In this document: piece after piece, positions 56,166 to 64,000 of the stretch
Layout: the number at the start of each line of letters is the position of its first letter
Numbering within the stretch: position 1 is the stretch's first letter
Assembly (NCBI GenBank): GCA_963675295.2
Contig: CAXXKJ010000002.1
Span: forward strand, 160,001-224,000
Length of the DNA stretch: 64,000 nucleotides
Reading direction: 5' to 3'
Origin: a bacterium
Lineage (GTDB): Bacteria; Electryoneota; Electryoneia; Electryoneales; Electryoneaceae
Program-made: the position numbers and the translations under genes
The notes under the pieces: model-generated
Told to the model about the DNA's origin: nothing
The model's database searches: none
What the model saw: only the letters and a program-made list of their open reading frames with translations

Positions 56166-58425
56166 CTTCCTCTACATCGACTTCTGGATGGAGAAGGACA
56201 CCTTCCACCAGCACGCGGAAGATATCTACCAGCTCGGCAATGTGATTGCGCATGGTGACAATGAAGCGATCTGGAGTTCGACGCCGATCCCGCTCGGGCC
56301 GGTGATCAAGGAGAAATGTCCGTCGGTCGATCATGTCACCCGCCTGTCGAACCAGCATGTTACGATGATCAGCGACGAGGACGTGTTCGCCGAATCCGCG
56401 TTCTTTGTCGAGCGCGACTTCTTCGACATGTTCAGCTTCCCGTTTGTCGCCGGTGATGCCGCCACCTTTGACGACCCGAACTCGCTGTACCTCACCGAAA
56501 CGTCCACGACAAAATACTTTGGCGACGCCGACCCCATCGGCGGTGAGCTGGAGCTGCTGACCAGCAATGGGCACCGTCAACTGATGACCGTCAAAGGTGT
56601 CCTCGCCGATCAGCCGTCAACCTCGAGCTTGCATTTCAACATGCTGCTGCCGTTCGACAATATCACCCGCTGGGACATCGCCCCGGTTGACAACTGGGAA
56701 CACTGGGCGCGGGCATGTTTCATCCAGATGCGGCCCGGCGAAGATCCCGCGCAACTCCGTCCGATCCTTGAACCGTACCTCGATATGCAGCGCGAGGTGA
56801 ACGGCGACTGGGGTGTCGCCCGTCTCGACTTCTACAACCTGCTGGCCCTGACCCGTGAACACGTGAACCTGCGCAACGGCGTCACCGAGGGCCATTCCAG
56901 CACTGCCGGGGCGGCGCTATCAGCCATTGCGATTGTGCTGATGCTCCTCGCCGGGTTCAACTACACGAACAACCGGCTGGTGTCGTTGTCCACCCGTTTC
57001 CGCGAGATCGGCATCCGCAAGGTGGTCGGCGGCTCGCGCACGCAACTGGTGTGGCAGTTTATCGGGGAGAATGTGGTCTTCGTGCTGATCGCGTTGATCG
57101 CCGGCATTTTGCTCGCGGTCAATGTGTTGATCCCGGCGCTGGATCACCTGTTCGGCGGCGGCTGGTCGGTACTGACCCTGCGGTTTGCGCCGCGTACGAT
57201 CCTGTTCCTCGCCTCCCTGCTCGCGGTTACCAGCCTCGGTGCCGGGCTGTATCCGGCGATCATCGCGGCGAAATTCGCGCCGGTGAAGATTTTCCGTGGC
57301 CCGTCGGGGATGAAAGGGCAGACACTCTTCGTGCGCATCATGATCGGCTTCCAGTTCGCGCTCACGTTGCTCGCGATCATCATCCCGGCCGGGTTGTACC
57401 TCAACGCCCGTTACCAGATGACCCTCGACTGGGGCTACCAGCAGGAGGGGGTGTTGTGTGTTCCGGTGACCAACGGGGACGGGTACGCCCGCCTCGCCAA
57501 CGAACTGCAGAGCAACCCCGCGATCCTGTCACTCGCCGGTTCACGGGACCACATCGGCCGTTTCATCAACGTCGCGGCGGTGGAGGTGGGCGAGTTTGTC
57601 CGTGAGACAAATTCAATGCAGGTCGGCCCGAACTACCTCGAGACGCTCGGTATGCAGATGCTGCAGGGCCGCACCTTCGGCACCGAGCCGCGCGACGATC
57701 AGCAGCAGGAGGTGGTCGTCAACCAGACGTTCATGGACGAGTACGGCCTCACCTTCCAGCCGGGCATGCCGCTGGTTGTGGACGACGAGACGTACACCGT
57801 GATCGGGGTGGCGGACGATTTCCACACCTGGAATTTTGAGTCGCGTATCCAGCCGATGGTGATCCGTGTTGTGCCCGAGGATCAGTTCAAGTACATGGTG
57901 CTGCGTCTGCCAGAAGGCCGGGTGGTCGAAACGGCGGAGGAGATCAAGCAGGTCTTCCGCCGGGCGTTGCCTGAGCTGCCGTACCACGGCTTTTTCCAGG
58001 ACGAACTGTTTGATCACTTCTATCGCGGCAACATGGCGGCGCTGGGTGTGTTCACCTTTTCCGGCGGGTCAGCGCTATTGATCGCGATTATGGGGCTGAT
58101 CGGGCTGGTCTCGGCAACGTTGCAGAAGCGTCAGAAGGAAATCGGCATCCGCAAGGTGCTGGGGGCGACAGTGACGCAGATCGTGCAACTGATCACCCGT
58201 CCCATCGGCATCATCCTGCTGATCGGATCGCTGCTCGCGTTGGTGCCTGGGTATCTGCTGCTGAAGATGATGCTGACCGGCGTCTACGAGTACCACATCG
58301 ACATCACAGCGGTGCCGTTCGTGTTCTCGCTGGTGGTGTTACTGGTGGTGTCGCTGGGGACAGTGATCCTGCTCTCGGTACGCACCGCCCTCTCGAATCC
58401 AGTCAACTCGATCCGTAACGAATAG
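56160..58425 (+). pseudogene. MacB/FtsX-type duplicated ABC permease, N-terminus apparently missing
   Basis: LYI…DTFH…IY near the junction; two REIGIRKV motifs; ends NPVNSIRNE; lacks the usual first ~35 aa. ORF is open from 55837 through antisense aac sequence. Confidence 0.75.
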
Positions 58426-58479
58426 CGGCGAATCGCGCGGGACAGCGTCGTGCCGATGGCACGTCGTCGCTTTTCTCCG

Positions 58480-58510
58480 GAGGGGTGTTCCACGCAAGTG
58501 GAACCCCCTC
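58480..58510 (+). repeat. 31-bp target-site duplication (left), a terminator-like hairpin
   Basis: GAGGGGTGTTCCACGCAAGTGGAACCCCCTC, identical to 60123-60153. Confidence 0.9.
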
Positions 58511-60122
58511 AGACTGCTGACAAACCCCGTCATTTGATGGGGTTTGTTTTGTATTCACACGGCACATCCTACTGGTTGGATTTGTGGTGTAGTTGGCAGG
58601 TTGTGTTTGGTTCTTCGCTCGATTTTTCTATCGAGACCGTTGAGCGTGGTGCGCTGGGATAGAAGACCGGCTAAATAGGTCCATAGTCTTGAGATAGAGG
58701 GGTGTTTCGCCATTGTCATGGCGATCTTCTTCATGTTCTGGCAGGCGGCGGACAGCAGGCATTGTTCACGTGCTCCGGCTATCGAGCGCAGCCGGGCATA
58801 GCGATGGCCATACAGTTGTTTGGCTTCGCCGAAGCTGCGTTCGACCGTCTCCCGTCGTCGCCGGTACGTGGCCCGTCCGCGTTCTGTCCGAGCGGTCGCG
58901 ATCATCTTTTCACGGCTGGCCTGCCACACGTGCCGGGTGACCACCTTGCGGTGATTGGCGCTTTCGGTGCATTGCTGCAACAGGGGACAGAGGACACAGC
59001 ACGACGGGTCGGAAACATATTCCTGGTAGCCTTCACGTGTCGTCGTGCGATACGGTAGTGTCTGGCCGCCGGGACAGTGGTAGACATCCCCCAGCGAATC
59101 GTACACAAACAGTCGTTTTGCCAGCATTCCCTTCTTGCGTGTCGTACGTACCGAGCCGATCACGCCGTCGATCTTTCGATCCTCCAGCCCCTTGCAGATG
59201 GCGGCGGTATTGTAGCCGGCGTCGAGACCGACCCTTTCCACCGGGAAGTGGAATTTGCGAATCTGTGTGTCGAGACGCTCGAGGTAGGGGGTGCTGTCAT
59301 GTACATTGCCGGGGGTGACATGCGTGTCGGTGATGATTCCGGCCTTGTTGTCTACGGTACGGTGGTCAAGGTAGAAAAAGCCCTGCGGCTTGCCGTCCCG
59401 GACCATGAAGCCGCTGTCCGGATCGGTGGTGCTGACCTTGATTTCCTTTGTCGCCGGCGGTGATGAATCGTCATTGTCACGTTTCTTCAGTGGCTTTTTG
59501 CCATGCGCCAGGCGATCCGCATCCACCGCCTCTTCCAGATCGGACAGATACGACTTCGTCGCCACTGTCACCTGCCGCTTCTTGAACTTCTTCTTGTTCG
59601 CGCTGGCTTTCAGGTGCGTCGAATCGGTGAACAAGACCCGGCCATCGACCAGGCCACGACGGATCGCCAGCAGCACGATCTCGTCGAAGATCTCCTGGAA
59701 GATGGTGCTTTCACGGAAACGGCGTCGTCGATTCTGGCTGATCGTGGACGCGTCCGGCACCTTGTCACGCAGATCCAGCCCGAGGAACCAGCGATAGGCA
59801 ACATTGACCTGGATCTCACGCACCAGCTGACGCTCGGACCGAATTCCGTACAGGTAACCGATGAACAACATCTTGAACAGAAGGACAGGGTCAACAGCCG
59901 GACGGCCATTGTCGGCGCTGTAGAGATGCTTTACACGATCCCGGATAAACGAAAAATCAATTGCCGCATCAATCTTCCGCAAAAGATGATCGTCCGGGAC
60001 CAAATCGTCAATGTAAATAAGCTCCGCTGCGCTTTGATGAGCTTTGGAAGTAGGTAGCATCTACAAAGATACAAAACAAATCCCCACAGGTCGAGAGCCC
60101 GTGGGGACTTTGTCAGCAGTCT
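58511..60122 (-). mobile_element. IS1182-family insertion sequence
   Basis: 14-bp perfect TIR AGACTGCTGACAAA/TTTGTCAGCAGTCT; flanking 31-bp direct repeat; single transposase gene. Confidence 0.92.
58555..60060 (-). CDS. IS1182-family DDE transposase
   Basis: LVPDDHLLRKID, GRPAVDP…YGIRSER, DSTHLKASA, STTDPD, DAGY, VERSFGEAK. Confidence 0.95.
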   Translation of the reverse strand: MLPTSKAHQSAAELIYIDDLVPDDHLLRKIDAAIDFSFIRDRVKHLYSADNGRPAVDPVLLFKMLFIGYLYGIRSERQLVREIQVNVAYRWFLGLDLRDKVPDASTISQNRRRRFRESTIFQEIFDEIVLLAIRRGLVDGRVLFTDSTHLKASANKKKFKKRQVTVATKSYLSDLEEAVDADRLAHGKKPLKKRDNDDSSPPATKEIKVSTTDPDSGFMVRDGKPQGFFYLDHRTVDNKAGIITDTHVTPGNVHDSTPYLERLDTQIRKFHFPVERVGLDAGYNTAAICKGLEDRKIDGVIGSVRTTRKKGMLAKRLFVYDSLGDVYHCPGGQTLPYRTTTREGYQEYVSDPSCCVLCPLLQQCTESANHRKVVTRHVWQASREKMIATARTERGRATYRRRRETVERSFGEAKQLYGHRYARLRSIAGAREQCLLSAACQNMKKIAMTMAKHPSISRLWTYLAGLLSQRTTLNGLDRKIERRTKHNLPTTPQIQPVGCAV

Positions 60123-60158
60123 GAGGGGTGTTCCACGCAAGTGGAACCCCCTCTTTTT
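60123..60158 (+). repeat. 31-bp target-site duplication (right) with T tail
   Basis: Same 31-mer followed by TTTTT, i.e. an intact intrinsic terminator. Confidence 0.9.
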
Positions 60159-60221
60159 CATTCCAGCGTTCTATTTTCCACGCACTGTTCAACCTTCGGG
60201 AAACACAACCAGGAGCGACTG

Positions 60222-61214
60222 ATGGATTATCGCCAGCTTGGCAATAGTGACATGAAATTCAGCGAGATCGGCCTCGGTGCGTGGGCGATCGGCGGTGGCG
60301 GGTACGCCTTCGGCTGGGGCAGCCAGGACGACAAGGACTCGATTCTGACCATCCGTCACGCGTTGGACGTCGGCATCAACTGGGTCGACACCGCCGCGAT
60401 TTACGGTCTCGGCCATTCGGAAAAAGTGGTCGGCGAGGCGATCAAGGACCGCCGCAACGAAGTTTTTGTCGCCACCAAATGCTCCATGGTCTGGGACGAC
60501 AACGGCAACATTGACAACAGTTTGAAGGCGGAGAGTGTCCGCGCTGAGTGCGAGGCCAGCCTGAAACGGCTCGGCGTGGATCACATCGACCTCTACCAGA
60601 TCCACTGGCCGAACGATGACGAACGCATCGAGGAAGGCTGGGCGGAGATCGGCCGTTTGATCGAAGAGGGGAAGGTCCGGTACGGCGGCGTGTCGAACTT
60701 CCTCACGCAGCACCTCGAACGTGCGCAGAAAATCCACCCGGTGACCAGCCTGCAGCCGCCGTACAGCATGTTGCGCCGCTGGATTGAGGACGCCGAGCTC
60801 GGCTGGTGCCGTGACAACAACTGCGGAATCGTCTGCTACAGCCCGATGCAGGCCGGCCTGCTGACCGACAACTTCGGCGATAAAAAGTTGGACGACGAAG
60901 ACTGGCGGAACAAATCGAAGGAACACATCGAGCCGAATGTCTCGATCAACCTCTGGTTCGTTGACCAGTTGCGTCCGATCGCGGCGAAGTACAACAAGTC
61001 CGTCGCGCAGCTGGCGTTGGCGTGGACACTGCGCCGTCCCGAGCTGACCAGCGCGATTGCCGGGGCCAGGCGTCCCGCGCAGATCGAGCAGAACGCAGGC
61101 GCGTCCGGCTGGTACATCGAGGAACCCGACCTGCAGAAGATCAACGAGCTGCTCGCGGAACGTGAACAGCGTGTGAAGCAGGCGAACGGCTACATCTTCG
61201 AGATGCAGCGGTAG
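60222..61214 (+). CDS. Aldo/keto reductase
   Basis: IGLGAWAIGG, DTAAIYG, VATKC, IDLYQIHWP, GVSNF, LQPPYS; AGGAG RBS. Confidence 0.95.
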   Translation: MDYRQLGNSDMKFSEIGLGAWAIGGGGYAFGWGSQDDKDSILTIRHALDVGINWVDTAAIYGLGHSEKVVGEAIKDRRNEVFVATKCSMVWDDNGNIDNSLKAESVRAECEASLKRLGVDHIDLYQIHWPNDDERIEEGWAEIGRLIEEGKVRYGGVSNFLTQHLERAQKIHPVTSLQPPYSMLRRWIEDAELGWCRDNNCGIVCYSPMQAGLLTDNFGDKKLDDEDWRNKSKEHIEPNVSINLWFVDQLRPIAAKYNKSVAQLALAWTLRRPELTSAIAGARRPAQIEQNAGASGWYIEEPDLQKINELLAEREQRVKQANGYIFEMQR

Positions 61215-61371
61215 CCAGACGTATTACGCGAATTTGATTCGCCCCCATAGCTCATGGTTCTGGGGGTTTTCGTGTTCGGCCCGCCCCAAAAACTTGATTC
61301 GGAGCTTCCGACATATCACTTTAGATGAAAGACCATTTTTGCAGTAGACAAAACTGGGGACGGGGGGGGGG

Positions 61372-62997
61372 ATGAATCGACTTCTGGCGTTTGCCGTAGT
61401 CTTTGTCGTCTTTTTTGCGACATACGCTATTGCGCAACCACCCGGCGTTGCCTGGACGTTGCAGGGCGACTTCAACGCCGTCGCTCGCGTTCCCAAGGGA
61501 GGCCTGGTGGTAGGTGGTGATGAACTCCTGACACGGTTGGACGAAGACGGAAACGAGCTTTGGACGATAAACCCTCCGTTCAATATTTGGGACATCGATC
61601 CTGCAGAAAATGGCGGATTCATCTTGTGCGGAAATACGAGTTATGGTGAACCCAGCTACGTTGTGAAGATGACCAGCAACGGGGATGTCGTTTGGATGTA
61701 CAGCGATAATGCCGGTGATGAGGGGGTGTTTAAATTTATCGTTGAGCTGCCGGGGGGCGGTGCTGAGTTATGTCGCCCACGAATTGGCGAGACCAGGATT
61801 GACCGGCTCGATCCGGCTGGGAATCTTGTCGACCAATTCTTCCGCGATTATCATACCGGCCTTTCGATGGAACCTGTCAGCGGTGGAGTCTTGATTGCTG
61901 GCTATACCGATTGGTACGGGAGCGCTTATACACGGTACAGTCTTTGGAAACTTAGAACACCACTGTCTTGGTATTCCACGTACGGAAACAGAGGCAATTC
62001 CATTGCATTTTATGCATTCGAATTGTCCAGCGGCCTACTGATGTCCCTGGGAAATCTCAATGGTACCTTAAATTATTCAGCATCTCTCCACAACGCAGGC
62101 GGAAACAGACTCCGCTCCCATATCCTTCCCGCCGCTCTGGACATGCCCGTCTGGGGAGCGGAACGCGCCAACAGTTCCGTAGTGATCGTTGGCCGTGGTG
62201 CGATTGGCAAGTACGATTTCGCACTCAATTGTCACTGGCTGATTGATCAAGACGGACCTTACGTGTTTGACAGCGATCTGGCGAATGACGGGGGACTGCT
62301 GGTCATTGCAGGATCATACAGCACGCCGACACTGACCCGGTATGAACCTGAAGTTTCGGTGGCGGTCGATGCCGACGCCCAGATCGTCCCACCGGGCCAT
62401 TCTGATATTTACTTCACCGCAACCGTGGATAACATCCTGTTAAATGAAACGGTTCAGGATGTGTGGTCCGTGCTCTGGCCGCCGTCCGGCGGTCCGATTG
62501 TCGCCGGTGTTTCGACGGGCGTGACCTTGACGCCGGGCGGAACGATTGTCCATCCGGATTCTCTGGTCGTTCTGGCAGATTACCCGGCGGGCGAGTATCT
62601 CTGCCGGGTGCATGTCGGGAGCTACGAGCACAACATCACCATGGGCGCGGGCACGTTCGAGTTCACGAAGCAGGCGTCAGCGACATCCTCCCTCGCCGAA
62701 CCTTTTGTTGCTGCTGAATCCGGCGACCTCTTGCCCGACGAATTCGCCCTGACCGTTTACCCGAATCCGTTCAATGCCGTCGCGACGTTGACGTTAACCG
62801 TGCCGAAAACGCAGAATGTGTGTGTCGAGGTGTATGCGACAACGGGTCAGAGAGTGACGACGCTGCACAACGGTCCACTCGCGGCGGGCGTAAACACGTT
62901 AACGTTTAACGGCACCGGACTGGCGAGCGGCGTGTATCTCGTTCGCGCGGAAACAGAGGGTGCAACCCTGCATCGCAAGCTGGTGCTGGTCCGATAG
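61372..62997 (+). CDS. Secreted beta-propeller-like protein with T9SS-type CTD
   Basis: Signal peptide (…YAIA|QPP); LDEDGNELW repeats; VPPG…YPAGEY…FEFTK domain; YPNPFNA…RKLVLVR. Confidence 0.85.
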   Translation: MNRLLAFAVVFVVFFATYAIAQPPGVAWTLQGDFNAVARVPKGGLVVGGDELLTRLDEDGNELWTINPPFNIWDIDPAENGGFILCGNTSYGEPSYVVKMTSNGDVVWMYSDNAGDEGVFKFIVELPGGGAELCRPRIGETRIDRLDPAGNLVDQFFRDYHTGLSMEPVSGGVLIAGYTDWYGSAYTRYSLWKLRTPLSWYSTYGNRGNSIAFYAFELSSGLLMSLGNLNGTLNYSASLHNAGGNRLRSHILPAALDMPVWGAERANSSVVIVGRGAIGKYDFALNCHWLIDQDGPYVFDSDLANDGGLLVIAGSYSTPTLTRYEPEVSVAVDADAQIVPPGHSDIYFTATVDNILLNETVQDVWSVLWPPSGGPIVAGVSTGVTLTPGGTIVHPDSLVVLADYPAGEYLCRVHVGSYEHNITMGAGTFEFTKQASATSSLAEPFVAAESGDLLPDEFALTVYPNPFNAVATLTLTVPKTQNVCVEVYATTGQRVTTLHNGPLAAGVNTLTFNGTGLASGVYLVRAETEGATLHRKLVLVR

Positions 62998-63273
62998 CGG
63001 GTTGAGCGGAGTAAGTGTGAGGCTGCGCTTGGATATTTTCTGAGCCAAATGGCGCATGACCTCACCTGTATTATCTGTGGAATCACCGCGAACAATTTGA
63101 AACCCGACCTGTCTCAGACACGTTGGGTTTTTCTTGCCGTTACCTCCACCTTCTGATCGCTCACGGAGTTAGTATGTAAAAACGGTTCGGCTACCCTAAC
63201 TCGTTGCGGTTCAGCACGCTGCAAATTAGTTTCCATTTATGGATATAGTTAATCTTTATAACTGAGGTTTGCC

Positions 63274-64000
63274 ATGAAGCACGCATCTCTGATTATCCTT
63301 GTTGTCCTGATTGCTGTTACCTCCTTCGCCCAGCCTCCGGAAGCAAACATCCTTTGGACAACGGATCATTACAGTCCTTCAGCCAGTTTCGATGTCGTGA
63401 AAACGGGCGGATATATCGTTGTCATCTATCAGACAATCTATCGCTTGGATGAGTCGGGAAATGTGTTGTGGACGAATGAATCTTCTGGCGAACGGTATCA
63501 TGATGTACTCGCGGTATCAGACGGAGGGTATCTGGTTTGCGGGAGAGTTAACTCGGACATCTATGTAGCAAAACGGGATGAAGACGGTGACCTAGTGTGG
63601 GAATTCGTTCAGGAATCTTCTGGTGATGGGACGTTTGCACAAAGCGCTGAGTTACCAGATGGTAGCTTTGTCTGTATGCAAAGGGATTACAACTATACAG
63701 AGATCTTTCGGTTTTCGTCTAACGGTGACTTACTTGAAATCAGAGACCTTGCTTATTCTGGCTACGATATGGAGGTGGTTTCCGACGGTATACTGATTGC
63801 TGGTCATGAAGGCGATCCATACTGGGGTGAACAAAACTACCGCTTGCAAAAAATAGGCTTCCAAGCTGGTCGCGGGTTTTTATTTCCTATCTATGGACCT
63901 TCCAGCGACTCAAGTTGCCGTTGCGTAATCGAACTGTCGAACGGTCTCATACTCGCCCTGGGTACTTACCCAGTGATTGGGCCGGTACTTGTTGTGCATG
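63274..64000 (+). CDS. Partial secreted protein, paralog of 61372..62997 (runs off the window; absent from the ORF track)
   Basis: GAGG RBS; MKHASLIILVVLIAVTSFA|QPPE…YRLDESGNVLW…DGGYLVCG…GILIAG…ELSNGLIL matches LTRLDEDGNELW…NGGFILCG…GVLIAG…ELSSGLLM. Confidence 0.8.
   Translation, partial: MKHASLIILVVLIAVTSFAQPPEANILWTTDHYSPSASFDVVKTGGYIVVIYQTIYRLDESGNVLWTNESSGERYHDVLAVSDGGYLVCGRVNSDIYVAKRDEDGDLVWEFVQESSGDGTFAQSAELPDGSFVCMQRDYNYTEIFRFSSNGDLLEIRDLAYSGYDMEVVSDGILIAGHEGDPYWGEQNYRLQKIGFQAGRGFLFPIYGPSSDSSCRCVIELSNGLILALGTYPVIGPVLVVH

Noticed and set aside
9514-62997. Diversity-generating retroelement acting on the CTD proteins
   Set aside because: No reverse transcriptase, and I saw no template/variable repeat pair differing at adenines.
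1-64000. tRNA or rRNA genes
   Set aside because: No cloverleaf with a T-loop in intergenic DNA and no rRNA-like tracts were seen; by-eye scanning could miss a divergent ncRNA, e.g. in 46085-46370.

Overview
GC-rich chromosomal window from a diderm bacterium, probably of the FCB superphylum (inference from eight complete secreted proteins ending in a T9SS type-A-like C-terminal sorting domain). Housekeeping and envelope genes include rfbA, a wcaJ-like transferase, an MsbA-like exporter, two GT4 glycosyltransferases, mlaEFD plus a PqiC-like lipoprotein, an MBOAT/SGNH O-acyltransferase pair, rex, gyrA, an M29 aminopeptidase, an aldo/keto reductase and an OmpR-type two-component system. The best candidate for an undescribed system is 1774-6933. 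It encodes a TPR-secretin, two paralogous Sec-exported subunit-like proteins with aligned C-terminal GYY strands, and an internally duplicated pilus-chaperone-like protein. The locus has no usher, ATPase or prepilin peptidase and is flanked by two SARP/BTAD-like regulators, so it may be a 'chaperone-secretin' fibre. Other notable signals: several REP-like palindrome families, some sitting in frame inside genes; heptamer tracts beside them; secreted genes with low-GC payload segments inside GC-rich frames; a recurrent unnamed pre-CTD domain; a T9 tract that frameshifts a signal peptide; a G10 tract directly before a start codon; a head-to-head junction of a truncated aac(6')-like gene and a truncated ABC permease; and an IS1182-family element with a 31-bp hairpin target duplication. 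No rRNA, tRNA or CRISPR array was seen. All family calls come from motif recognition by eye, not database searches.
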